64,000 nt of DNA from Longimicrobiales bacterium (GTDB lineage: Bacteria > Gemmatimonadota > Gemmatimonadetes > Longimicrobiales > Gaopeijiaceae), in assembly GCA_963664435.2 (NCBI GenBank), contig CAXXKM010000003.1, positions 896,001 to 960,000 of the forward strand, read 5' to 3'. A program made the position numbers and the translations under genes. The notes under the pieces are model-generated. The model was not told where the DNA came from. It searched no databases and saw only the letters and a list, made by a program, of their open reading frames with translations. Positions 11,525 to 20,573 of this stretch are shown here, one piece after another (position 1 is the first letter of the stretch; each line of letters starts with the position of its first letter).

Positions 11525-12421
11525 TCAGCCCCCGGCCAGCCAGCGATAGACCGCGCCCACGTTGAGCGGGAACCACTCCTCGTACTGGCCCCAGTGCGCG
11601 TAGTCGTCGAGGCGCACCTGGGCCATCGCCTCTTCTTCCGACAGGCCCTCGTCGAGCGCGGCCTGGACGGCGTCCCGCAGGTCCGCGTAGTAGGCGAGCT
11701 GCCGCTCGATCGTGCCGCGGTCTCCCACGTCGCCGTGTCCGAAGACCATGGTCTCGAAGGGGATCTCCATCAGGCGGTCCAGCGCCACGTAGAACTCGTC
11801 GAAATACCAGCCCGGGAGGTCGCGGAAGCCCACCCGGTCGTTGCTGACGAAGTCCACCGCGAAGGCGATGCGCTCCGCGGGGAGAAACGTCACTATCAGG
11901 TTGTCGCTGTGGCTCCGCCCCAGGTAATGCAGCTCGATGGCCCGGCCGCCGAAGCGGAGCGTCATCTCGTCGGAGAAGGTCAGATGCGGCGGCGGCAGAT
12001 CGGGGTCGGCGCGCTCAAGCAGGATGGGCAGTGCGTTCTCCTGGGCGATGATCGGGACATCGTCGCCGAACTCCGCCAACAGCGCGGGCGCTCCGGTGGC
12101 GTGGTCGGCATCGCTGTGGCTGTAGACGATGGCCGCGAGCGGCTTTTCCGGCACCGCGCCGCGGATGGCGCCCGCGAGGCCAGCCGCCGCTTCCATCGAG
12201 ATGGGGTCCACCGCCACCACGCCGTCGTCCGTATCGACGAAGAAGGCGTTATGCGTCCCCGCGTTGTACCAGAAGACGCCGTCGGCGACCTGGCGGGTCG
12301 CGGCATCCATCTCGGGCGCCTGTTCGGCCGCCTCGGTACAGGCGCCGAGGATCAGGGCGAAGGCGGTCGCGACCGGGACAGCGGGTCGCGAGGATGGCAG
12401 GGGTCGGATGGGACGGGTCAT
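11525..12421 (-). CDS. MBL-fold metallo-hydrolase, lipoprotein
   Basis: Lipobox LGAC; YSHSDADH (variant of HxHxDH), SHSDN, FGHG; GGAGGAG upstream. Confidence 0.85.
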   Translation of the reverse strand: MTRPIRPLPSSRPAVPVATAFALILGACTEAAEQAPEMDAATRQVADGVFWYNAGTHNAFFVDTDDGVVAVDPISMEAAAGLAGAIRGAVPEKPLAAIVYSHSDADHATGAPALLAEFGDDVPIIAQENALPILLERADPDLPPPHLTFSDEMTLRFGGRAIELHYLGRSHSDNLIVTFLPAERIAFAVDFVSNDRVGFRDLPGWYFDEFYVALDRLMEIPFETMVFGHGDVGDRGTIERQLAYYADLRDAVQAALDEGLSEEEAMAQVRLDDYAHWGQYEEWFPLNVGAVYRWLAGG

Positions 12422-12484
12422 GCGGTCATCCTCCTCCGGGGGGGCGGGACGGGGTCGAGCGGGCTCCCTTTCGGCACCACTTCC

Positions 12485-12502
12485 GTAATACACCTGTAAT
12501 AC
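12485..12502. promoter_or_regulatory. Direct repeat GTAATAC-N4-GTAATAC (possible response regulator box)
   Basis: Two identical AT-rich 7-mers at 11-bp period in a divergent intergenic region. Confidence 0.35.
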
Positions 12503-12683
12503 TCCGATGCTCATGTCCCGCGTGCAACAGACGCATGAGCACCCGGCGGCCTGGAACGTGCGAGTGACAGGGTCCGATGGGCCGTTGCATGACAGACTCC
12601 CTTTCGACATCCGGTTGTTCAGGGCATCTTGGTCGAGGGCATATACTCGCCGAACTTTCTGCACGGAGTCGATCTTGTATCAG

Positions 12684-13952
12684 ATGGGTCCTTCGTTTTT
12701 CCGCTTCGGAAGGCGGTGTAGCCTTCAGTTCGCGGGCGTCGCCTGGGTGGCCGTCGTCGCGGCCTGCGTTGCCCCCGAATCCAGCGTCACCGAACTCGAC
12801 GTGGACGAGCTCGCCGTGGGGGCGGCGTCCGGAGCCCGCTTCCCGTCGCTGGAGCGCCATGGCGACGCGGTAGTGCTGAGCTGGCTCGAGCCGCACATGG
12901 AGGAGGGCGAGGAAGTCTGGGCGCTGAAGGGGGCCGCGTATGAGGACGGCACCCTGGGCAAGCCCTTCGAGGTGACCCGGTCCGGCGGGGGCGCAACGTT
13001 CTTCGTGAACTGGGCGGACTTCCCGGTGGTGTGGCCCGTGGGCGATGGGCGGCTCGCCGCGCACTGGCTGCAGCGGGGCGGTTCGGCCACCTACGACTAC
13101 GGGGTGCGGGTCTCCTTCTCGGACGATGGCGGGCATTCCTGGAGCGCACCGTGGACGCCGCACGAGGACGGCACGCCCTCCGAGCACGGTTTCGTGTCGG
13201 TGTTCGGGCTGGGGGACGGGGAGGCGGGGATGGTCTGGCTGGACGGCCGGCGCTTCTTCGAGCCCGATGGCTCGCGGGCCGCCAGCCCGCGCATGACGCT
13301 GCGCTACCGGACGGCCGGCGCGGACGGGACCACAACCGCCGAGGTCGAGCTCGACGACCGCATCTGCGACTGCTGCCAGACCGACGCGGCGATGACCTCG
13401 GAGGGACCGGTGGTCGTCTACCGCGACCGCACACCGGAGGAGGTGCGCGACATCTCCGTGGGGCGGTTCGTGGACGGAAAGTGGACGGGCGGGGTTCCCG
13501 TGCACGACGATGGCTGGATGATTCCGGGCTGTCCGGTGAACGGCCCCTCCGTGGCGGCCCGGGGCAATGTGGTCGTGGTGGCGTGGTTCACCGGCGCGGG
13601 CAACACGCCCCGGGTGCGGGCGGCCTTCTCCGACGACGCGGGCGCGACCTTCGACCCGCCGGTCACGATCGACCTGGGCAACCCGGTGGGGCGGGTCGCG
13701 GTGGCAATGCCTCAGCCGGGGAGGGCGCTGGTCGCCTGGCTGGAGGAGGAGCAACTGTTCGTGCGCGGCATCACCGCGGACGGAAACCTGGGGCCCGCGC
13801 GCCAGGTAGCAGCCTCCTCCAACGCACGCGCGAGCGGTTTTCCGGCCATGCTGGTCGACGCCGCCGACCGGATCGTCTTCGCCCAGACGGTGGTCGACCA
13901 GGGCATCCGCGTCCTGCGGTCGCAGGAACCGTGGACGGCCTGGCGGGACTGA
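12684..13952 (+). CDS. BNR/Asp-box (sialidase-like fold) lipoprotein
   Basis: Asp-boxes SDDGGHSWS and SDDAGATFD; NWADFP, EHGFVS, ICDCCQT, GCPVNGP; start uncertain. Confidence 0.8.
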   Translation: MGPSFFRFGRRCSLQFAGVAWVAVVAACVAPESSVTELDVDELAVGAASGARFPSLERHGDAVVLSWLEPHMEEGEEVWALKGAAYEDGTLGKPFEVTRSGGGATFFVNWADFPVVWPVGDGRLAAHWLQRGGSATYDYGVRVSFSDDGGHSWSAPWTPHEDGTPSEHGFVSVFGLGDGEAGMVWLDGRRFFEPDGSRAASPRMTLRYRTAGADGTTTAEVELDDRICDCCQTDAAMTSEGPVVVYRDRTPEEVRDISVGRFVDGKWTGGVPVHDDGWMIPGCPVNGPSVAARGNVVVVAWFTGAGNTPRVRAAFSDDAGATFDPPVTIDLGNPVGRVAVAMPQPGRALVAWLEEEQLFVRGITADGNLGPARQVAASSNARASGFPAMLVDAADRIVFAQTVVDQGIRVLRSQEPWTAWRD

Positions 13953-14043
13953 GACGGCACGACAACCGAAGGTTTCCGGCTCACCCCGATCCCTCCCGCT
14001 GGCGCCTCATCCCGCTCGTGCGCAACTCTACCGGGAGACCAAC

Positions 14044-14430
14044 ATGACCGATCAGCCACTCGGCTCGGCAGGTAAGTTCTGGGTGTTGTCCTTCGGGTGG
14101 CTGCCCGCGGGGATCGTCGTCGTATCGCTGAGCCGCGGCGTGGCCCCTCCGATCACGCCGGAGACCCTGTTCATGCTTCCGGCGGCGCTCATGTCGCTCG
14201 CGATTACCGCCCCGTGCGGGCTGCCGCTTGCACTGGCCTTCCGGGGAATCTGGCGGATGGGGTCCACGCGCGCCGCCTGGACAACCTTCGCGATCCTCGC
14301 GCCCGTCACGTCGTTCGCGGCGCTCTTCGCAGGACTGCTCGGTCCGATTGCGATCGCGATCTATGCGGGCGTGCTCAGCGTCCCAGCGTGGATCGTGTAC
14401 GCGGTCGTGCGACGCCGCTCAGCGTCATAA
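14044..14430 (+). CDS. Hypothetical membrane protein (about 4 TM)
   Basis: GGGAG RBS before ATG; four hydrophobic segments and a basic C-terminus. Confidence 0.65.
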   Translation: MTDQPLGSAGKFWVLSFGWLPAGIVVVSLSRGVAPPITPETLFMLPAALMSLAITAPCGLPLALAFRGIWRMGSTRAAWTTFAILAPVTSFAALFAGLLGPIAIAIYAGVLSVPAWIVYAVVRRRSAS

Positions 14431-14676
14431 TCCGGGCGTCCCCGGGGGCGACGGAACCTCGTCACGGGGCGCTTCGATGATCCCCGTGCAGTACCTGAAG
14501 ACGACCGGGAACCCGCGACACCGGATCGCCTCCGTGCGCTCACGACCCTCGTCAGGATCGTAGTACGTCGTCATCGTCCGGCTGTATCCGAAGGCCGCCG
14601 GGAAACGGAACAATCCGCTGAGACCGACAAAGAGGTAGAACAGTACGGCGAGCCCGATGATTCCCTTCATCTTCAT
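14425..14676 (-). CDS. Small hypothetical membrane-anchored protein
   Basis: N-terminal hydrophobic helix, protein-like composition with two Cys; lies downstream of thrC on the same strand. Confidence 0.5.
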   Translation of the reverse strand: MKMKGIIGLAVLFYLFVGLSGLFRFPAAFGYSRTMTTYYDPDEGRERTEAIRCRGFPVVFRYCTGIIEAPRDEVPSPPGTPGL

Positions 14677-14718
14677 GGCGGCGTCCCTGTCTTCGTGAAA
14701 GAGGGCCTCCTGGTCCAG

Positions 14719-16020
14719 CTACCGACCCGCCCATCTCCTTACAACGCGCTGCAACTCCTGCAAGCTGGGACGAATCCGCGTGAAGCGCGAGGGCCTCGTC
14801 GCCCCCGTCGCCAGCCGCTCGGGCACGGGCACCGGGCTCCCGATCGCCTCCTCCACGATGTCCCCGAACTTGGCCGGATGCGCCGTGGCCAGCACTACCC
14901 CGTGGGCATCCGGCCTCCCGCCCAGCGCCCGCTCCAGGGCCAGCCATCCAACGGCCGTGTGCGGGTCCAGGATGTAGCCATGCTCGTCGAAGACCCTCCT
15001 CATCGCCTCCCGCGTGTCTCCATCGCTCCATGCGGAACCCGAAAGACATCCCTGCAGGCGGCCCAGGTCGCCCTCGAACAGCGCGAGGATGCGCGCCAGG
15101 TTCGAAGGCGCACCGACATCCATCGCGCTCGAGAGGGTGCGGACCGACGCCCGCGGCTCGTAGCAACCGGTCCGCAGGTACTCCGGGACGACGTCGTTGG
15201 CGTTGGTCGCGGTGACAAACCCCGCGGTGGGCAGCCCCAGCTCCCGGGCCATGAGGCCGGCCGCCAGGTTGCCGAAGTTTCCGGACGGGACCGAGAAGAT
15301 CGGGGGCTCGCGCCGGTTCAGCTGCGCCCAGGCGTGGAAGTAGTAGAAGATCTGCGGCAGCAGGCGTCCGATGTTGATTGAATTCGCGGACGTCAGCGCG
15401 AGAGCCTCCCGCGCATCCGGATCGCGGAACATCGCCTTGACCAGCCGCTGACAGTCGTCGAACGCGCCCGCCACCGCCACCGCGAGCACCTGGTCGCCCA
15501 GCGTCGTGAACTGCCGCTGCTGGCGCTCGCTCACCTGCCCTTCCGGGAACAGGACCACGACGCGGGTCCGCGGCAGGCCCAGGAAGGCGTGCGCGACCGC
15601 CCCGCCGGTGTCGCCCGATGTCGCCACCATGACCGTCAGCGGAGGCCCGGGGCGCTGCAACCTCGACATCAGACAGCCCATGAAGCGCGCCCCCACATCC
15701 TTGAAGGCGAGCGTGGGGCCGTGGAACAGTTCCAGCACATGCGTGCGCGGGCCCAGCGGAACCAGCGGAAGCGGAAAGCCGAGCGCCTCCCGCACCGCGG
15801 ATTCCAGCACTTCATCCTCCAGTTCATCGCCGAGAAGATGCCGCCCCACGGCGAGCCCGCAGCGAATCGCACCGGCGCCTCTCAGCGCATCGATGTCGCC
15901 CGCGGAGAGGGGCGAAAGCCCTTCCGGCATGAAGAGCCCGCCATCGGGGGCGAGTCCCCGGAACAGCGCTTCGCCGAAGGAAACCGGTTCGGCCCGGCCC
16001 GACGTGCTGACGAGCTTCAA
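14719..16020 (-). CDS. thrC: Threonine synthase
   Basis: GLAPDGGLFMP, ELFHGPTLAFKDVGARF, ATSGDTG, SANSINIGRL, VPSGNFGNL, LATAHPAKF; TTG start with GGAGGGAG RBS overlapping thrB stop. Confidence 0.96.
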   Translation of the reverse strand: MKLVSTSGRAEPVSFGEALFRGLAPDGGLFMPEGLSPLSAGDIDALRGAGAIRCGLAVGRHLLGDELEDEVLESAVREALGFPLPLVPLGPRTHVLELFHGPTLAFKDVGARFMGCLMSRLQRPGPPLTVMVATSGDTGGAVAHAFLGLPRTRVVVLFPEGQVSERQQRQFTTLGDQVLAVAVAGAFDDCQRLVKAMFRDPDAREALALTSANSINIGRLLPQIFYYFHAWAQLNRREPPIFSVPSGNFGNLAAGLMARELGLPTAGFVTATNANDVVPEYLRTGCYEPRASVRTLSSAMDVGAPSNLARILALFEGDLGRLQGCLSGSAWSDGDTREAMRRVFDEHGYILDPHTAVGWLALERALGGRPDAHGVVLATAHPAKFGDIVEEAIGSPVPVPERLATGATRPSRFTRIRPSLQELQRVVRRWAGR

Positions 16021-17036
16021 TCTCCCTCCGCTTTCACGTCCTCGACGCGCGCACCCTGCCGGTTGACGGGTGAGACGTAGGCTTCGCAATCGAGCGCCGC
16101 GGTCTCGCCAAAGGCCCAGCGGATGCCCGCTGCGACGTCCTCGGCCGTCTGGCGTCCCCGGCACAGCGCGAAGACCGAGGGGCCGGACCCGGAGATGGAG
16201 AAGCCGAGGGCGCCGCGGGTCATCGCCGCTTCCCTGGCGCGGGCGAAACCCGGGATGCGTCCGGCGCGCAGCGGCTCCGCCACGACATCCCTGATGGAGC
16301 GCGAGATGAGGTCCCAGTCGCAGGCGTAGAGCCCGGCGGTGAACGCTGCGGTGTTGGCCCACTGCGTGACCGCGGCCTTGAGGGGCACGTGTTCGCCCAG
16401 CACGCGACGGGCGTCCTCGGTGCGGGTCTCCAGATGCGGGCGCACCACGACGACCCAAAGCTCGTCGGGGACGGGAAGTTCCACGACCTGCAGCGTCTTT
16501 CCGGGGAGGACCAGCACGATCCCGCCATAGAGGGCAGGCGCAACATTGTCGGCAGCCGGCGACCCGGAACCCGCCAGCTCGCCGGCCACCGCACAGCGCA
16601 GCAGCTGTCTCCGGGAGAGGCCGGCCCGAATGACCTGATCCGCCGCCACCGCCCCCACTACGGCACTCGAGGCGCTGCCACCCATCCCTCCCGCGAGCGG
16701 TATGCCCTTGTGAAGTTCGAGCGCCAGGCCCGCCGAATCGGCGCCGGCCATCTCCAGGACGGCCCTGGCAGCCGCCCCGGCGCTGTTGCGGGCGGGGTCG
16801 CCCGGGATGGGTCCCACGTCTCCGGTGATGCGCTCGATGTTGACCCCCGGCTCCGGCGCCGCGCGCGCGACCACCGCATCGCAGGGCTGCTCGACGGCCA
16901 TGCCGAACACATCGAACCCGCAGGCGATGTTGCCGATAGTCGCGGGCGCCGAGACGCGCACCGCGGCCGCGGCCCCTGGAGATTCGGCGTTGCCGGTCGT
17001 CGTCGGCCTGCCGGTCCTCGTTCGCCCGCCGGTCAT
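16017..17036 (-). CDS. thrB: Homoserine kinase
   Basis: APATIGNIACGFDVFG, KGIPLAGGMGGSASS (GHMP), DNVAPA, ISGSGPS. Confidence 0.95.
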   Translation of the reverse strand: MTGGRTRTGRPTTTGNAESPGAAAAVRVSAPATIGNIACGFDVFGMAVEQPCDAVVARAAPEPGVNIERITGDVGPIPGDPARNSAGAAARAVLEMAGADSAGLALELHKGIPLAGGMGGSASSAVVGAVAADQVIRAGLSRRQLLRCAVAGELAGSGSPAADNVAPALYGGIVLVLPGKTLQVVELPVPDELWVVVVRPHLETRTEDARRVLGEHVPLKAAVTQWANTAAFTAGLYACDWDLISRSIRDVVAEPLRAGRIPGFARAREAAMTRGALGFSISGSGPSVFALCRGRQTAEDVAAGIRWAFGETAALDCEAYVSPVNRQGARVEDVKAEGD

Positions 17037-17043
17037 CGTCTCG

Positions 17044-18591
17044 CTACTTGAACACCCGGAAGAAGGCGCGGAACGCCTTCTCGACCGTCGGCGTCAGCTT
17101 CTGCTTGCGCCATACGTTGGCCGCGCGGGCGAAGATGTCGCTGCGCGTCGGGTAGGGATGTATGGTGGCTCCGAGCTTGCCCAGACCGAGGCCGGCGGTC
17201 ATCGCCAGCGTGATCTCGCCGATCATGTCCCCCGCGTGGGCGCACACCAGCGTCGCGCCCAGGATGCGGTCGCTTCCCTCCTTGAGGTGAACGCGGAGGA
17301 AGCCTTCCTTCTCGCCTTCGAGGATGGCGCGGTCGATGTCGTCGAAGTGGATGGTGATGGTCTCGACGTCGTGGCTCGCCGCGATGGCCTCGTCCCGATG
17401 GAGCCCGACGTGGGCGACCTCCGGATCGGTGTAGGTCGCCCAGGGGATCACCAGGCGGCTGGCGCGGCCGCGACCGAAGAAGAGCGCGTTCTGCACGGCG
17501 ATGCGGGCCTGGTGGTCGGCGGCATGGGTGAACTGGTGCTTCGATGCCACGTCGCCCACCGCGTAGATGCCCTTCGCGGTCGTGCGCAACTGGTCGTCGA
17601 CCTGGATGCCGGTGCGGTCGTAGGCCACGCCCGCGGCCTCGAGACCCATCCCCGCCACGTTGGGGGCGCGGCCGGCCGCCACCAGCACCGCCTCGGACGC
17701 CAACTCCTCCCGCTCCCCGTCGTGTTCGACTTCCAGCACGGTGACACCATCGTCGCGGCGGGCCTTTCGGATCGCCGCCGAGTTCAGAACGCGCACGCCG
17801 TCGGTCTCGATCGCCCGGGTAACGATGGCGGCCGCGTCCCTGTCATCGCGCGGCAGCGGGTGAGCGTCGGCGTGCACCACGGTCACGCGGCTGCCGAAGC
17901 GCGCGAAAGTCTGGGCCAGCTCCATCCCGATGGGGCCGGCCCCGATCACCACAAGGCGCGGCGGCAGCTCGGTGAGGGAGAAGATGGTCTCGTTGGTGTA
18001 GACGTCGACGTCCTCGAGCCCCGGAACCGGAATTAGCGCGGCGCGCGCGCCCGTGGCGATAATCGCGCGGCGGAAGTTGAGCTCGTCCCCGTTCACTCGA
18101 AGACGGTCGGGAGCGACGAACTCGCCGTGTCCCAGGAAGACGTCCACCCCCAGCCCCGCGAACCGCGACGCCCCGTCGATCGGGCTGATACCCGCGCGCA
18201 GCCTGCGCATGCGCTCCATGGCGGCGGGGAAATCGCTCCCGGCATCGCCGCCGGACACCGCCCTCGCCCCCCCGGCCCCACCCGGGCGACCGTTCGTGCC
18301 GGCCGGGCGCGCCGCGTGCACCCGCCGGGCGGAGCTGATTACCGCCTTGGAGGGGACACACCCGAAGTTGAGGCAGTCGCCGCCCATGAGGTGGCGCTCC
18401 ACCATCGCGACCTTTGCGCCCAGCCCGGCGGCGATGGCGGCGCTCACCAGCCCCCCCGTCCCCGCCCCGACCACGACCAGGTGGTAGCGGTCGCGGGGTT
18501 CCGGGTTGCGCCAGTCCGGGGGGTGCACATGGCCCACCAGTTCGCGGTTGTGCACGTCGTCGGGAAGAATCACGACTCTGTCTGCCGACAC
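17044..18591 (-). CDS. FAD-dependent pyridine nucleotide-disulfide oxidoreductase (mercuric reductase-like)
   Basis: GAGTGG, GGDCLNFGCVPSK redox disulfide, GAGPIGME, IHPYPT; no C-terminal Cys-Cys. Confidence 0.9.
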   Translation of the reverse strand: MSADRVVILPDDVHNRELVGHVHPPDWRNPEPRDRYHLVVVGAGTGGLVSAAIAAGLGAKVAMVERHLMGGDCLNFGCVPSKAVISSARRVHAARPAGTNGRPGGAGGARAVSGGDAGSDFPAAMERMRRLRAGISPIDGASRFAGLGVDVFLGHGEFVAPDRLRVNGDELNFRRAIIATGARAALIPVPGLEDVDVYTNETIFSLTELPPRLVVIGAGPIGMELAQTFARFGSRVTVVHADAHPLPRDDRDAAAIVTRAIETDGVRVLNSAAIRKARRDDGVTVLEVEHDGEREELASEAVLVAAGRAPNVAGMGLEAAGVAYDRTGIQVDDQLRTTAKGIYAVGDVASKHQFTHAADHQARIAVQNALFFGRGRASRLVIPWATYTDPEVAHVGLHRDEAIAASHDVETITIHFDDIDRAILEGEKEGFLRVHLKEGSDRILGATLVCAHAGDMIGEITLAMTAGLGLGKLGATIHPYPTRSDIFARAANVWRKQKLTPTVEKAFRAFFRVFK

Positions 18592-18778
18592 GATCTACCT
18601 CTCCGTCGTTGGTCTCATTGGTTCATCGCCGCGCCCGCGCGCCCCGGAATCGCATCCCGGCGCCCCGCCGGTGCGTCGGCCTCGGCCCAGCCACGCGAAC
18701 GTCATCGCATCACAGTGCCCCGCGCCCGCCGCGGTCACCCGCGGCGACCTCCACACGCCTGACCTCCACACACCACCC

Positions 18779-19501
18779 TCAATCCCCCGTGATCTCCTTC
18801 AGCGCCCGCCGGGCGATGCGCGTGACCAGGGTAGTGACCACGATGGTGGCTGCCAGCCCGACCCCGAGCACCGTGTAGTAGCCCGCGCCCCGCGCAACCT
18901 CCACTCCGCTCGCCAGCGCCGCCACGTCGCCGATTACCTGGCCGTAATAGACGTACAACAGCGTCCCGGGAATCATCCCCAGCGACGCGACCAGGTAGTC
19001 CGCGAAGCGCACTCTGGTCAGGCCCAGCGCATAGTTGAGGAGGTTGAAGGGAAAGACCGGCGACAGCCGCAGGAGGAAGACGATCTTGCGCCCCTGTTCG
19101 CCGATGGCGCTGTCGATGGCCGCGAACCGCGGATAGTCGGCCACCTTGCTCTCGATGGCGGACCGGGCCAGGTAGCGCGCCACCAGAAAGGCGAGCGCGG
19201 CGCCCGTCGTGGCTCCCACGAACACGATCGCGGTCCCGCGCGCGATACCGAAGATGGCTCCCCCGGCCAGCGTCAGAATCGAGCCCGGTGCAAAAGCCAC
19301 GGTGGCCGCGGCGTAGGCGCACACGAAGACCACCGGGCCCCAGACCCCCATCTCCTCAATGCGCTCCGCGAGCGCCGGGATGGCCCCGGCCAGCGACCTT
19401 CCCGCAAACACCAGCAGCGCGACCACCGCCACCGCCACGAGCGCCAGCAGCCACGGTCGCCGTCCGCCGGAGCCACGGGTCTTCGAATTCGCCTCGGACA
19501 C
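18779..19501 (-). CDS. TVP38/TMEM64 (DedA superfamily) membrane protein
   Basis: PGSILTLAGGAIFG, LLRLSPVFPFNLLNYALGLT; GTG start after GGAGG. Confidence 0.92.
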   Translation of the reverse strand: MSEANSKTRGSGGRRPWLLALVAVAVVALLVFAGRSLAGAIPALAERIEEMGVWGPVVFVCAYAAATVAFAPGSILTLAGGAIFGIARGTAIVFVGATTGAALAFLVARYLARSAIESKVADYPRFAAIDSAIGEQGRKIVFLLRLSPVFPFNLLNYALGLTRVRFADYLVASLGMIPGTLLYVYYGQVIGDVAALASGVEVARGAGYYTVLGVGLAATIVVTTLVTRIARRALKEITGD

Positions 19502-19639
19502 GTCGTTTCCTCCCCTGATCGGGACCTGCGAGCACTCGCCCGGTCTCTCGTTTCTCCCTGCCTGCATGGACCGCAACGCCGCGGTCCCGCCCCCGGGTCC
19601 CGGCCTCGCCGCCCGACAACCTCGGCAGGTATCCGCGTC

Positions 19640-19671
19640 ACTTGCCGGATGAAGCCGGTTACGGTATTGAG
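19640..19671 (+). promoter_or_regulatory. Putative promoter of cupin 1 (duplicated element)
   Basis: ACTTGCCG-N8-CGGTTACGGTATTGAG, identical boxes and spacing recur at 20117-20148. Confidence 0.55.
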
Positions 19672-19725
19672 GGGGGTCGCCCGGCGAATCGCCGGCACTC
19701 CCGAGCACATCACCAAGGAGCACCA

Positions 19726-20103
19726 ATGAGCCCCGAACGGCACGCCCGTCATTTCCGGTGGGACGATATGCCAATGGAAGAGGTGAAGGAAGGTCTGGGA
19801 AGGCGCGTGGTGACCGGCGAGCGCATGATGCTGGCGCACTGGTACATGGCCCGGGGGACGGTAGTCCCGTTGCACGCGCACGACAACGAGCAGATCGCCC
19901 ACGTGCTGGATGGCGCGCTCCGGATCTGGCTCGGGGAGGACGGTGACGAGGGCGACGAGGTGACCGTCCGCTCCGGCGAAGTGCTCTACATCCCCTCCGG
20001 ACTGCCGCACAAGGCGCTCGCGCTCGAGGACACGCTGGTGACGGATGTCTTCTGCCCGCCCCGCCAGGACTGGCTGGACGGCACCGACAGCTACCTGCGC
20101 TGA
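19726..20103 (+). CDS. Cupin domain protein (copy 1)
   Basis: PLHAHDNEQ and IPSGLPH cupin motifs, DVFCPPRQDW; AAGGAG RBS. Confidence 0.92.
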   Translation: MSPERHARHFRWDDMPMEEVKEGLGRRVVTGERMMLAHWYMARGTVVPLHAHDNEQIAHVLDGALRIWLGEDGDEGDEVTVRSGEVLYIPSGLPHKALALEDTLVTDVFCPPRQDWLDGTDSYLR

Positions 20104-20116
20104 CGGGGCCGCCGCT

Positions 20117-20148
20117 ACTTGCCGAAGTCGCGCGGTTACGGTATTGAG
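20117..20148 (+). promoter_or_regulatory. Putative promoter of cupin 2 / SDR (duplicated element)
   Basis: Second copy of ACTTGCCG-N8-CGGTTACGGTATTGAG. Confidence 0.55.
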
Positions 20149-20200
20149 AGGGTTCGCCCGGCCACCTGCCGGCCCATTCCGCCATCGCCAAGGAGAGTCA

Positions 20201-20572
20201 ATGAGCGCGGGAACGAGCGTGCGCCACTTCCGCTGGGACGACATGCCGATCGAGAAGGTCAAGGAAGGCCTTGGAAGGCGCCTGGTGACGGGCGAGCGCA
20301 TGATGCTCGCGCACATCTATCTGGACAAGGGCTCCGTCGTGCCGCTGCATTCGCACGACAACGAACAGCTCACCTATGTGCTGGAGGGCGCACTGCACTT
20401 CTGGCTCGGGGAGGATGAGAGCGAGGAAGTGGTCGTGCGTGCCGGAGAGGTCCTGCACATTCCTTCGTGGGTGCCGCACAAGGCGGTGGCGCTCGAGGAC
20501 ACGCTGGACGTGGATGTGTTCTGCCCGCCCCGGCAGGACTGGCTGGACGGCACCGACGCGTACCTGAGGTGA
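20201..20572 (+). CDS. Cupin domain protein (copy 2)
   Basis: PLHSHDNEQ, IPSWVPH; close paralog of 19726-20103; AAGGAG RBS. Confidence 0.92.
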   Translation: MSAGTSVRHFRWDDMPIEKVKEGLGRRLVTGERMMLAHIYLDKGSVVPLHSHDNEQLTYVLEGALHFWLGEDESEEVVVRAGEVLHIPSWVPHKAVALEDTLDVDVFCPPRQDWLDGTDAYLR

Positions 20573-20573
20573 C

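Noticed and set aside
17044..18591. True mercuric reductase merA
   Set aside because: No C-terminal Cys-Cys pair, no N-terminal metal-binding domain, no mer genes nearby.
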